This document shows, one piece after another, positions 27,462 to 35,608 of a DNA stretch of 64,000 bases (position 1 is its first letter; the number at the start of each line of letters is the position of its first letter). The stretch is from Patescibacteria group bacterium. GTDB lineage: Bacteria > Patescibacteriota > Patescibacteriia > Buchananbacterales > UBA6539. A program made the position numbers and the translations under genes. Under the pieces are notes generated by a model, which was not told where the DNA came from, did no database searches, and saw only the letters and a list, made by a program, of their open reading frames with translations. The stretch is from contig JBAZSB010000002.1 of NCBI GenBank assembly GCA_041662625.1, positions 12,024 through 76,023 of the forward strand. The letters run 5' to 3'.

Positions 27462-27514
27462 AAAAAAGAGACCAGCTGACAGAGTACCTCCTTTCTTCTG
27501 TCAAACTGGTCACA
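27462..27514 (-). terminator. Rho-independent terminator ending the GC-rich purine operon
   Basis: On the minus strand: GACCAGTTTGACAG...CTGTCAGCTGGTC followed by TCTTTTTTT. Confidence 0.6.
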
Positions 27515-27540
27515 AGTAGCATTCAGGGCATCCCTCCGGA

Positions 27541-28842
27541 TTAGCCCATGTAGTTGTCGAGTTCTTCCCGACGCATCTGATCGAAGGCATACACTGCCGG
27601 ATTGGTCTGCCCCAGAATCTGCATCGCCGCTCCGATCGCGTTGCCTTCGGGCCAAGTCGTCAGATTCGGCGTCTGCGATGGCAGGTGTACGCTTGACCAA
27701 AGATCATCCGGAAATTGCTCGAGAGTCGCTGGGACCGAAATCACTGGCCAAGGACTGTGAGCCGCGACGATCGGACCCAGACCATTGGACCGGCCGGCCT
27801 TGACCACGATGACGCCACCTTGCGGATAGTCATAGAACAGCCGTTCCAGACGCTGCAGCCCCTCAACCGGACTCTTGTGGCCGGAAGCCACGATCCGTTC
27901 AACGGTGACTCCAGGCAACTGGGGAACTTTTGGTGCTTCATCCTTGTCGGACCCAAGCCAGACAACCAGCGCCTGTCTCGGGAGCACCAAGCGTTCGGCC
28001 ATCTGGGCGACGTAACGGTAGTTCTCTTCGACTTGGCCAAGGACAGCAGCGCCACCATCGCGGAACACCTGCTTATCGAGCGGTTTGCCATTTTCCCAAA
28101 GACGCCAACTGTCGTTGTCCACGACATCGGAAACTCGGAGTTCGCTGTCGGCTTCGATCTTGATGTCAAGCCATGTGAGGCCAAAGTTCGCCCAGGCCCG
28201 CTCAAGGATCAAAGACACCCGGCGAACCAATTGATCAAGCTTGGCCATATCCGCCAGATCGGTGATGACCCCACTAGCAGGAATCTTGGCAAACGGGCTA
28301 ACCCGATGTCGACTCTCACCCTCGCCCTCTTCATGCCAGATCGGCTTCTTGGGCAAGGCAAGATCCCAGGTATCCTTGAAGGGATCAAGGATCAACGGAT
28401 CGTCGCAGGGTAGTGATAGGCCTTTCCAATCTCGACCAGTCGTCTTGAGGAAGAACTCAACCAACAACCGGTGAAAACGGTACGGCTTGGTTGGATCAGC
28501 CGTTCGAAGCTGGGGATTGCGCATCAGGAAACTGCCAACTCCCAGCCGTCGGGCGACAATCTCCAGCAGCAACATCAGCGACCGCAGCGCGACAAACTCC
28601 GTTTCGGAAATCTGCTCCACGTAAGCCACCGGCACGTCGCAAGTCCGAAGAAGTTCGAAAACGCGGCAAGTGGTTATGGTAGCACATTGGGCTTTGGACC
28701 CAAACTTCTGGGTAAAACTCGGGTCATCATGGGCAGTGATGTCCGAACCATTCCTGACGATCACCAGATCGTCTCGGCCTTCTACTGCGAAGATACCCTT
28801 GGTTTTGCCCTTGGCTATCTGCTTACCTAGTGTATACTCCAT
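27541..28842 (-). CDS. purC-purE: Bifunctional SAICAR synthetase (PurC) - N5-CAIR mutase/AIR carboxylase (PurE) fusion, PAICS-like
   Basis: The N-terminal half has PurC blocks (GKTKGIF, DDLVIVRNGSDITAHDD, WLDIKIE). The C-terminal half has PurE blocks (VVWLGSDKDE, IVASGHKSP similar to SAHRTP, AGRSNGLGPIVAAHSPWPVISVP). GC ~60%. Confidence 0.75.
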   Translation of the reverse strand: MEYTLGKQIAKGKTKGIFAVEGRDDLVIVRNGSDITAHDDPSFTQKFGSKAQCATITTCRVFELLRTCDVPVAYVEQISETEFVALRSLMLLLEIVARRLGVGSFLMRNPQLRTADPTKPYRFHRLLVEFFLKTTGRDWKGLSLPCDDPLILDPFKDTWDLALPKKPIWHEEGEGESRHRVSPFAKIPASGVITDLADMAKLDQLVRRVSLILERAWANFGLTWLDIKIEADSELRVSDVVDNDSWRLWENGKPLDKQVFRDGGAAVLGQVEENYRYVAQMAERLVLPRQALVVWLGSDKDEAPKVPQLPGVTVERIVASGHKSPVEGLQRLERLFYDYPQGGVIVVKAGRSNGLGPIVAAHSPWPVISVPATLEQFPDDLWSSVHLPSQTPNLTTWPEGNAIGAAMQILGQTNPAVYAFDQMRREELDNYMG

Positions 28843-28863
28843 GGCATTCCTTTCTCCGACTTT

Positions 28864-29397
28864 TCAGCCGATCTGTTCCTGGTCTTCCGAATCTTCCGGT
28901 CGACCTTCCGATCTCTGACCACAACGGTCACAACCGTCACACTGGTGACCCACGGCAAACCGTTTCAACTCATCGAGCATCTCCAGCACTCCCGCTGCGG
29001 GTTGACCGGATTTCTCGAGTACGGCATCAGCGACCTTGATCGAACATTTGACGCGTAGCGCCACGGCAATGGCGTCGCTGGGCCGCGAATCAACCTTGAC
29101 GACCCCGCCTGCGGTTTTCAACTCGATATAGCCCAGGAAAATCCCGTTACCAGTGAGTTGGTTGATGCCAACTTCCAAAACCTCAGCATCCAAGCCAGCC
29201 AAGATGTTCACGATTAAGTCGTGGGTCATCGGCCTTATAGGCACTTGACCAGCCAAGGCCATACCGATGGCCACAGCTTCGGCTGGACCAATCATGACTG
29301 GTAAGATCAGAGCCGCCGCTTCACTGTGTAACAACACTGTTGGTCGACCTTGGCTATCCTGGACTACAGCCAACGCATGGAGTTCTTGTCTATCCAT
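28864..29397 (-). CDS. Bifunctional-nuclease (BFN/DUF151) family protein with a Cys-rich acidic C-terminal tail
   Basis: The PSDAIAVALR motif and domain length match BFN; the C-terminus carries CDGCDRCGQ. Confidence 0.55.
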   Translation of the reverse strand: MDRQELHALAVVQDSQGRPTVLLHSEAAALILPVMIGPAEAVAIGMALAGQVPIRPMTHDLIVNILAGLDAEVLEVGINQLTGNGIFLGYIELKTAGGVVKVDSRPSDAIAVALRVKCSIKVADAVLEKSGQPAAGVLEMLDELKRFAVGHQCDGCDRCGQRSEGRPEDSEDQEQIG

Positions 29398-29476
29398 CGC
29401 ATTCTCTCCTTATGTGGAGTAAGGGTGGGCCAGCCCGGCAAAGGACCGGCCCACACCAGTTTCAGGTTGGAGAACT

Positions 29477-30745
29477 CTACTCCGGCACTTTCCCGTCGGG
29501 ATAAAGGACCGAGTGGCCCTTGCCCTGCGAGATCAGCGACCGGTACGTTTCGAGTGCCGTTTGAACGGCCGGATCAGTCAGGTCCAGTGTCTGGCGTTTC
29601 TCGGCGGCCATATAGGCGGCCTGACAGAGCCTGGTGATTTCCAAGCCGTATTCCCAGTTCAACAGTCCGTCATGGCCTTCACGGAAAGCATCACGGGCAT
29701 CGACCTGCTCATCAACGTAACCGTAAAGGTCGGGTTCGTTGGGCTGAACAGCCAGAAGGCCACGCGAAGCCGTCGACTTCTCCAAGGCCCCCTCGGCATC
29801 GGTCACGGCTTCGGCCGCGGCATCGCCGATGAAGACCTCAAGCGACGAACGCAAGGAGTTGACCTCCAAAGCATAGCCCGGGCCCATTCCTTCCATCGAG
29901 AGTCGGAGGCCCTGCTTGTCGTACATCCAAGAAGTGGCAAACTGAGCCACAACACGCTGCCGGGTCTCCGGATTCTCAAAGGTGACCAGACCGGTGGCGA
30001 AGTCTTCGGCCGGAACCAACGCGTAGTCAACGCCCATCCTCTTCAGGAGTTGGGCTCGATACTTGGGCTGGCCCCACTTCAGAAGCAGGGTATCGGCCCC
30101 AATACTAACCGGCCTGAGGAATCTCAGATCCTTGCCGACCGGTGTCAAAAGACGCCAAAGCACCGCGATGGTGTGGCAAGCCATGTCCGAAAGGACACCG
30201 CCACCTTGCCGGGTTGCATCCCAGAACCAACCCTCGTGGGGTCCAGAATGTTCTTCGCCGCCACGAGCCAAAACCAACGGCCCCATCTTTCCTTGGACGC
30301 GAGCCAGACCTTTCAGCCCTGCTTTGATGGCTTTCATGTGGATCTGGTTCTCGAAGTACGAGGTCGGGCAGCCGAGAGTCTTGGCCAGCTCAACCATACG
30401 GCGAGCCTCGGTAATGGTTCGGCCCAACGGCTTTTCGCAGATCAGCCCTTTGGGTTTCTTACCCAGTCTCGTCGCCGCATCGACGACCTGTTCCATCAAT
30501 TCAACGCGGAACGGATTCGGGGCGAAATTGGCAATCACGTCGCAATGCTCGACAAGATCGGCGACGCTTTTGTATACTACGCAATCAATTTCGCCGGTAG
30601 CGGTGGCCTTAGCGGCCAGTTGTTCCGCACCCTTCAGGGCGTGGACACCGCCGAATTCCAAACCAGGTACCAACTGGTTGGCGGCCTGCTGGAAATTGGC
30701 AACAAATCCAGCACCCATCGATCCTAGTCTGAGGATTTCCTTCAT
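29477..30745 (-). CDS. Gfo/Idh/MocA-family NAD(P)-dependent oxidoreductase
   Basis: N-terminal Rossmann fold, the EKP motif (LICEKPLGRTITEARRMVELAK) and length 422 aa; RBS AAAGGAGAG. Confidence 0.75.
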   Translation of the reverse strand: MKEILRLGSMGAGFVANFQQAANQLVPGLEFGGVHALKGAEQLAAKATATGEIDCVVYKSVADLVEHCDVIANFAPNPFRVELMEQVVDAATRLGKKPKGLICEKPLGRTITEARRMVELAKTLGCPTSYFENQIHMKAIKAGLKGLARVQGKMGPLVLARGGEEHSGPHEGWFWDATRQGGGVLSDMACHTIAVLWRLLTPVGKDLRFLRPVSIGADTLLLKWGQPKYRAQLLKRMGVDYALVPAEDFATGLVTFENPETRQRVVAQFATSWMYDKQGLRLSMEGMGPGYALEVNSLRSSLEVFIGDAAAEAVTDAEGALEKSTASRGLLAVQPNEPDLYGYVDEQVDARDAFREGHDGLLNWEYGLEITRLCQAAYMAAEKRQTLDLTDPAVQTALETYRSLISQGKGHSVLYPDGKVPE

Positions 30746-30873
30746 CAGTCTCTCCTTTCAATCAAACACTGTCTCCAATCTCTCTCCCGCCCTGAAACAG
30801 ATCAGGCCGGAACACTTCTTTTTGTTTCTTTGCCGTTTCTCCTTCCTTATCTTTTGTAACTTCCCTCGCTTGG

Positions 30874-30946
30874 TTGTGAAAAAACAAGTCTTTCCCTCCC
30901 TTTGGAAAAGACTATTAAAACTGGGTTTAATTTAACAAAAAAAAGC
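30874..30946. promoter_or_regulatory. Conserved ~73-bp upstream element, copy 1 (second copy at 34510..34590), containing the palindrome AGTCTTTCC-N9-GGAAAAGACT
   Basis: ttgtgaaaaaacaagtctttccctccctttggaaaagactattaaaactgggtttaatttaacaaaaaaaagc compared with ttgtcaaaaaaacaaagtcttcccctcacgttggaaaagacttttccctacaaaactggctttaatttaacaaaaaaaagc. Both lie 5' of minus-strand operons. Confidence 0.6.
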
Positions 30947-30982
30947 TATAAAGTCAATCACATGATGCTAATCTACAATTTA

Positions 30983-31014
30983 TGCGAATGATAATAATAT
31001 TCGCAACATTCGCA
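30983..31014. promoter_or_regulatory. Perfect inverted repeat TGCGAAT-N9-ATTCGCA plus a third ATTCGCA half-site (candidate operator)
   Basis: tgcgaat gataataat attcgca ac attcgca; AT-rich and lies ~240 bp upstream of the oxidoreductase start. Confidence 0.5.
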
Positions 31015-31226
31015 TACTACTCGCATCCATTATCATTATATTAAAAAAAGGACCAGACAACCTTCTTCATCTCGCCGAATCCGCTTTCAAGCGGAGAAGG
31101 CGGGACTTGGTCGTTATGGTCCCTTGGATCTCAATAGTGTACAAAACCCTCCTTAGTCTCGCCGTAGTCCGAAGGACGTAGGCGGATTAGTCTCGCCGTA
31201 GTCCGAAGGACAAAGGCGGACTTGGG

Positions 31227-32924
31227 TTAGTGGCGAAAGCCCCGGCACTTCTTGTCTGGCATCAGGTACAGCGTCATACCGGCCGCAGTCAGTTCCTCCT
31301 GAACTTTTCCGTCGTTGACCGAACCGGACGAAGCGAATAAGACGGTGATTCCTGCTTCGTGCAACACCAGACCAGCATCACCGAAAGGCAAGAAGCTATC
31401 CGAATAGGCAGCGGCTTCCACCAACCCTACTTTTTCCTCGTCCTGTCTGTTGGCTTCACCGCGCTCATAGCCTCGAACTGCCAGCTCTGCCGCACCGACG
31501 CGATCCATCCGACCGCATCCGTTGCCTTCCAGTTCGTAGACGATCATATCTCTGACTTGCCTCTGCCTCACAATGGTGATGGTATTGCTCTTGGCCTGAG
31601 AGCCGATTGCCCAACCAGCCTTGAGACAGCCTTCCAATTCTGGTCGGCGAGGTCCGATGATTTGCAGATCCGGATCGTCAAACGACGGCACAAACTGGCT
31701 CGGCGGATAATGAGTGTAGTCCCCGCCACCGACATGGGTAAAGATCGGGGTATTATCCATAGGTAGATTGCCAGCCAGCGCCGGATTCAACATCACACGG
31801 CACTTGCCTGTCTTTTTGCGCGCCAGTATTTCGATCGCATTTTCGTCAGCGCTGGGCGCAAACACAGCATCCAGAATCCGGCGCTGTCCTTTCGGCATAT
31901 GGTAATACAGCAGCATGTCAGCGATCTCGGCAGTGATATGGAAGTTGAACAGCAGTACGCCGCCATGAATCGCCAATTCATCGCCTTCGATCATGCTTCT
32001 GACCGCCTCGACGATGGCATCTCGTCCTTTGCCTTTGACAATCCCGGCACCGCAGATATTGACGTGCTTGTCCGCCAAGGCAAAACTGTGTGTGTCTGCC
32101 GGAAATACTGCCGCCAGCCGTGTCATGGTTTCGGTCAGCGTATGGAGATCATCCAAGTTGTTGCAGCTTGGACTCATGCCTTCAACTCCGACGAAGCGGC
32201 TCGGCGCCAACTCCCAATCACCACCACCGGTATACAAGGCGGCTGGCACTTGGTGAGGATTGGGTCCATAAGCGAGCGACAAAACCCGTTCGCCGCTGAT
32301 GCCGGCGAACTGTCCGTCGCTGATGAAATCTGCTGCTGTCAGGTAATGTCTGGCAATCATTGCCAGCGCTTTGCCGGCGAGGCGCTTTCGGGTCTCGGGT
32401 AAGACATCGCCATCGTTTTTCACCATTTCTTCCCAGACCTTGGGAATGTCAGATTCATCGACAACGACGATGCGCAAACGCTTTGAACCCATCGCTGCTT
32501 GCGCCGGTCCACCGACGTCAACCTTTTCCAGCACCTCCTCAAACGATAGCGCTCCACTGTCGATCGCGGCCTGGAGATCGTAGAATCCGCCGACGAATAT
32601 CTCGCAAAGTGGCCCGCCGAGTTCACGCAGCTCATCAAGGTGTTTGGGTTTGGCTGGTTTGGCACACAGTGCACCAAGTACCTTGGGATGCAGCGATACT
32701 ACGCCGTGGTCGAACATCGGCGGCGAGCCAATGGTCGCATAGTTGTTACAGGTAATACCACTCCCTTCGAGGAAACAGGTTGTGCCGTCCGACCCATAGA
32801 GGGTCAATCCCAATGATTCATGCAGATAGCGAGCAAATGCTGCAATCCCTTCTGTCTTGTCAGCAACGCTTAAAAACGCTGCCCTGACAATTCCTGAATC
32901 TGCCGTACTCACTTTATCACTCAT
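31227..32924 (-). CDS. purH: Bifunctional AICAR transformylase / IMP cyclohydrolase
   Basis: N-terminal MGS-like block FLSVADKT...GSDGT...LHPKV and the C-terminus ...SDSFLPFGDAG...VLFASSGSVNDG...RGFRH, which matches the PurH C-terminus (ASDAFFPFRD...QPGGSIRD...RHFRH). Confidence 0.8.
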   Translation of the reverse strand: MSDKVSTADSGIVRAAFLSVADKTEGIAAFARYLHESLGLTLYGSDGTTCFLEGSGITCNNYATIGSPPMFDHGVVSLHPKVLGALCAKPAKPKHLDELRELGGPLCEIFVGGFYDLQAAIDSGALSFEEVLEKVDVGGPAQAAMGSKRLRIVVVDESDIPKVWEEMVKNDGDVLPETRKRLAGKALAMIARHYLTAADFISDGQFAGISGERVLSLAYGPNPHQVPAALYTGGGDWELAPSRFVGVEGMSPSCNNLDDLHTLTETMTRLAAVFPADTHSFALADKHVNICGAGIVKGKGRDAIVEAVRSMIEGDELAIHGGVLLFNFHITAEIADMLLYYHMPKGQRRILDAVFAPSADENAIEILARKKTGKCRVMLNPALAGNLPMDNTPIFTHVGGGDYTHYPPSQFVPSFDDPDLQIIGPRRPELEGCLKAGWAIGSQAKSNTITIVRQRQVRDMIVYELEGNGCGRMDRVGAAELAVRGYERGEANRQDEEKVGLVEAAAYSDSFLPFGDAGLVLHEAGITVLFASSGSVNDGKVQEELTAAGMTLYLMPDKKCRGFRH

Positions 32925-32954
32925 ACTCGTCTCTCTCCTTTTCTCTCTCTGTTC

Positions 32955-34481
32955 CTAGGCCACAATGGCCAAGGGTTTCATTGCCTTCAATCCATTCTTC
33001 ATTTCTCTTCGCGCATCCTTGATCGCATCACCAACATAGGCTGCCGGATGCTTCAGTAGGTAAATCTCGCGTGGAGTTAATCCTTTCCAGACGCGCCGGA
33101 ACTTAGGATCAGCCCCGTCAGACTCCATATATTGCTCGGCTGCAACGCAAAGATTGGGCGCACCAGCTTTGACCCGGGCCACTAGTTCCTTCTTGACGAA
33201 GGTGTGAGCGCCTTCAAAGCCTTGCCGCTGCAATGCGTTGTGGAGTAATTCCGCTAACGATGCTGGTCCGAATATCTTGACCCAGTGCAGGCAGCGTTCT
33301 TCGTTGAACGCCAGAGCGCCCATCTGCCGATGCACGCTGTACAACTCCTGGGTAAAGTACTCAAGGGCTTCGATGAAAGTGCGCATCACCGAGGACCACC
33401 GCAAATCGCGTTGGAAGTTGCTCCCGCGCGTCAGCCACGGTCTTAAGGCACAACTCAACACGATTGCATCGGCGCCAATGGCGTTCTCAGCCCGAATGGG
33501 GTTGGCTTCCTTGGCTGCTCCCGCCGAAGAGGTCGAGGTAATACCGACATCCTTTGAAGGAATGACCTCGCCGAGTTCAGGCATGTGCAAGATCCGGAGA
33601 TCATCACACAGACTCATCATCGGTCCGCTGATCGCGACGAGCTCGCTGTAAAAACGAACCGTGTGATGAATAGGCGGAACCTGACTAGCACCTCTGGCTA
33701 CCGGCAAGTCAAGAATATTCATCAGCGTCCGTTCGGCTTTTTTGGGAATACCGACGGCGCGCTGCGATGCGGCGGTACCGACGAAACCACAGAACTTGCC
33801 CGGCACCGCCAAGGCAGCCCGTTGCAGTTCCACAGCGCAGTCAATGTATTGCTGATGGCCACAAGCCAGATAAAATCCGACTGTACCTGGTATGGCCGGC
33901 TGCAAGTGGGTGCGAAACATCTCCCGCATCTTCAGGTTTTCACCAATCTTGGCTCGCCAAACTTCATCGAGTGCCATCATCTTTGGCCAAATAATCAGAC
34001 TGAACACAACTCGAAGCTGCAAGGCATATGCCGTCGAAATCGTGTCATAGGAAGTTGCCGTATAGTGCAACCACTTCCAAAGTCCTTTGGGAAGATAACG
34101 GCGCATCAATGCCAGAAGCGCCAGGATATCGTGGCCGATTCCTTTGGTCTTCTTCTTTCTGTCTCCGTATTCGAGGCGATCCTGTTTTGTTGTGGTGACA
34201 TTCTTGAGGACGTAGAGCAAACGCTCTTTCGTCAGCAATTTGGCGTCCTTTTCCGGCATGATTCCGATAATGGCTAACGCCACCATCCAGAACCATTCCA
34301 CCAGGACCAACCAAAGTGCCCATTGGTCATAGCCGAGGTACGGAACCAGTTCCGGTTGCTGTTCTGCATATCTGTGATCCATATGCATCACCAGCACCCG
34401 CCGTCGATCCTTGGCTAAAACCGCGAAATACGCAATCGCGGCCGCTAACATCTCTCGGGCTTTATCAATAGTCATACGCAC
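32955..34481 (-). CDS. Adenylosuccinate-lyase-like protein (fumarate-lyase superfamily), divergent with a hydrophobic N-terminal extension
   Basis: A fumarate-lyase signature-like block TSTSSAGAAKEANPIRAEN (consensus GSSxMPxKxNP), length 508 aa and operon context with purH/purC-E; RBS AAGGAGG. Confidence 0.5.
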   Translation of the reverse strand: MRMTIDKAREMLAAAIAYFAVLAKDRRRVLVMHMDHRYAEQQPELVPYLGYDQWALWLVLVEWFWMVALAIIGIMPEKDAKLLTKERLLYVLKNVTTTKQDRLEYGDRKKKTKGIGHDILALLALMRRYLPKGLWKWLHYTATSYDTISTAYALQLRVVFSLIIWPKMMALDEVWRAKIGENLKMREMFRTHLQPAIPGTVGFYLACGHQQYIDCAVELQRAALAVPGKFCGFVGTAASQRAVGIPKKAERTLMNILDLPVARGASQVPPIHHTVRFYSELVAISGPMMSLCDDLRILHMPELGEVIPSKDVGITSTSSAGAAKEANPIRAENAIGADAIVLSCALRPWLTRGSNFQRDLRWSSVMRTFIEALEYFTQELYSVHRQMGALAFNEERCLHWVKIFGPASLAELLHNALQRQGFEGAHTFVKKELVARVKAGAPNLCVAAEQYMESDGADPKFRRVWKGLTPREIYLLKHPAAYVGDAIKDARREMKNGLKAMKPLAIVA

Positions 34482-34509
34482 ACCTCCTTAGTTCCAACTC
34501 CAACCCTAA

Positions 34510-34590
34510 TTGTCAAAAAAACAAAGTCTTCCCCTCACGTTGGAAAAGACTTTTCCCTACAAAACTGGCTTTAATTTAACAAAAAAAAGC
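34510..34590. promoter_or_regulatory. Conserved ~73-bp upstream element, copy 2
   Basis: See 30874..30946; lies ~30-110 bp upstream of the purB-like start. Confidence 0.6.
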
Positions 34591-34608
34591 CTGACCGTCA
34601 AATGAAGA

Positions 34609-35229
34609 CTAATCAAGCCTGATGGCATTCAATACTTGCCAAATTTGCTCCGGCGTGGTTTCGGGCACAACGGCAAACTCGATGATTCGCACTTGGCCCG
34701 CCCGATAGTGCTGGATTAAAGGCAAGGTTTGTTGGTAGTAAATCCTAAGCCTCTCCGCAATGGCAGCAGGTGTGTTGTCGTCTCGGCCGCGGCGTTCATC
34801 ATGAGCATCAAGGGCAATCCTGGCAGCAACATCATCTGGTGAACACTCCAGTACCACCACCAGTTTGATTGTGGCAAAAGATTCAACCATGCGCGCCTGA
34901 AAGACGTTGCGGGGCAGACCGTTAAGAACTACCCAGTCATCAGCTCCAACGGCCGACTCAAGGTAATGCCTTAGGATTTTTCCCGCCACGGGAAATTCAT
35001 CGTCGGCAAGCAACCTGCTAGCAGCAAAAACTTGCCCTATTACTTCATGATCATGAGCATCCAAAAAAGGCATGACGTCCGGTTGTTTCTGAGCAGTTCT
35101 CAGCTGGTCCCCGAAGTCAAAATGACAGCAACGTCTGCCGCCAAAGCCCTGCTCTTGGATTAACTTACCCAGCGGTGATTTACCACTGCCAGTTGGACCT
35201 ACTACTAAAAGAGCTTTGTGTCGACGCAT
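34609..35229 (-). CDS. Adenylate-kinase-family nucleoside monophosphate kinase
   Basis: P-loop GPTGSGKS, NMP-binding and LID-like motifs (LNGLPRN, RRGRDDN). Start placed at the internal ATG that has RBS GGAGGAAGG; the ORF opens at 35307. Confidence 0.6.
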   Translation of the reverse strand: MRRHKALLVVGPTGSGKSPLGKLIQEQGFGGRRCCHFDFGDQLRTAQKQPDVMPFLDAHDHEVIGQVFAASRLLADDEFPVAGKILRHYLESAVGADDWVVLNGLPRNVFQARMVESFATIKLVVVLECSPDDVAARIALDAHDERRGRDDNTPAAIAERLRIYYQQTLPLIQHYRAGQVRIIEFAVVPETTPEQIWQVLNAIRLD

Positions 35230-35353
35230 TGTCCTTCCTCCGTTGTTGGGACAAACTTTTCGCCTCAAGATTAGATTAAAATTAACAGAAAATAACCAAG
35301 GCGTCAATAAAAGTCAATTGACAAAAAATAGCAACAAAACTATGCTACTAATA

Positions 35354-35552
35354 GCTGGGCGCACCGACCTTTGGTGAAACTTGTATCGGCTTCGGCCTGT
35401 CAACTGTTTGTCACCCATAACTGGTGCGCCCAACCCGAAAACTTACTGCCCTTTGTCTGGCTCACTACCAGGGCACGATCCCTGTCCTCCCCATGCAGGC
35501 CACGAATCTATGCAATGTAGTTCACCGCTACTCGTGGCCTGCTCTTTTTTTT
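35354..35552 (+). ncRNA. Candidate structured small RNA with intrinsic terminator (family unassigned)
   Basis: GC-rich segment in an intergenic region: a 9-bp closing stem GGGCGCACC/GGUGCGCCC encloses a UUCG-tetraloop hairpin (GGCUUCGGCC); further hairpins follow (CUGGCUCACUACCAG, CAGGGCACGAUCCCUG); it ends in an 11-bp stem GCAGGCCACGA/TCGTGGCCTGC plus T8. Confidence 0.35.
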
Positions 35553-35608
35553 GATTGAAAAAACTCCTCTCTTCTGCTAAGCTTAGATAGTTAAATGTTA
35601 AATGTTAA

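Noticed and set aside
27428-27700. 90-aa minus ORF overlapping the 3' end of the purC-purE gene
   Set aside because: Arg/Asp/Ser-rich translation in an alternate frame of a well-supported gene; spurious.
29513-30935. Long + strand ORFs (29513..30727, 30063..30935) antisense to the Gfo/Idh/MocA gene
   Set aside because: High-GC antisense frames stay open by chance. Their translations are Arg/Gly/Pro-rich with no motifs, whereas the minus-strand product has clear Rossmann/EKP motifs.
33585-34277. 230-aa + strand ORF inside the purB-like gene; similar antisense ORFs at 31899..32402, 27715..28413, 9764..10222, 11115..11582, 12491..12997
   Set aside because: Same reasoning: GC-rich shadow ORFs overlapping well-supported minus-strand genes.
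35354-35552. SRP (4.5S) RNA or tmRNA assignment for the candidate ncRNA
   Set aside because: SRP domain-IV hallmarks (GNRA tetraloop flanked by AGGUC...AGCAGC) and tmRNA hallmarks (5' GGGG, T-arm, tag ORF) were not seen; left as an unassigned structured RNA.
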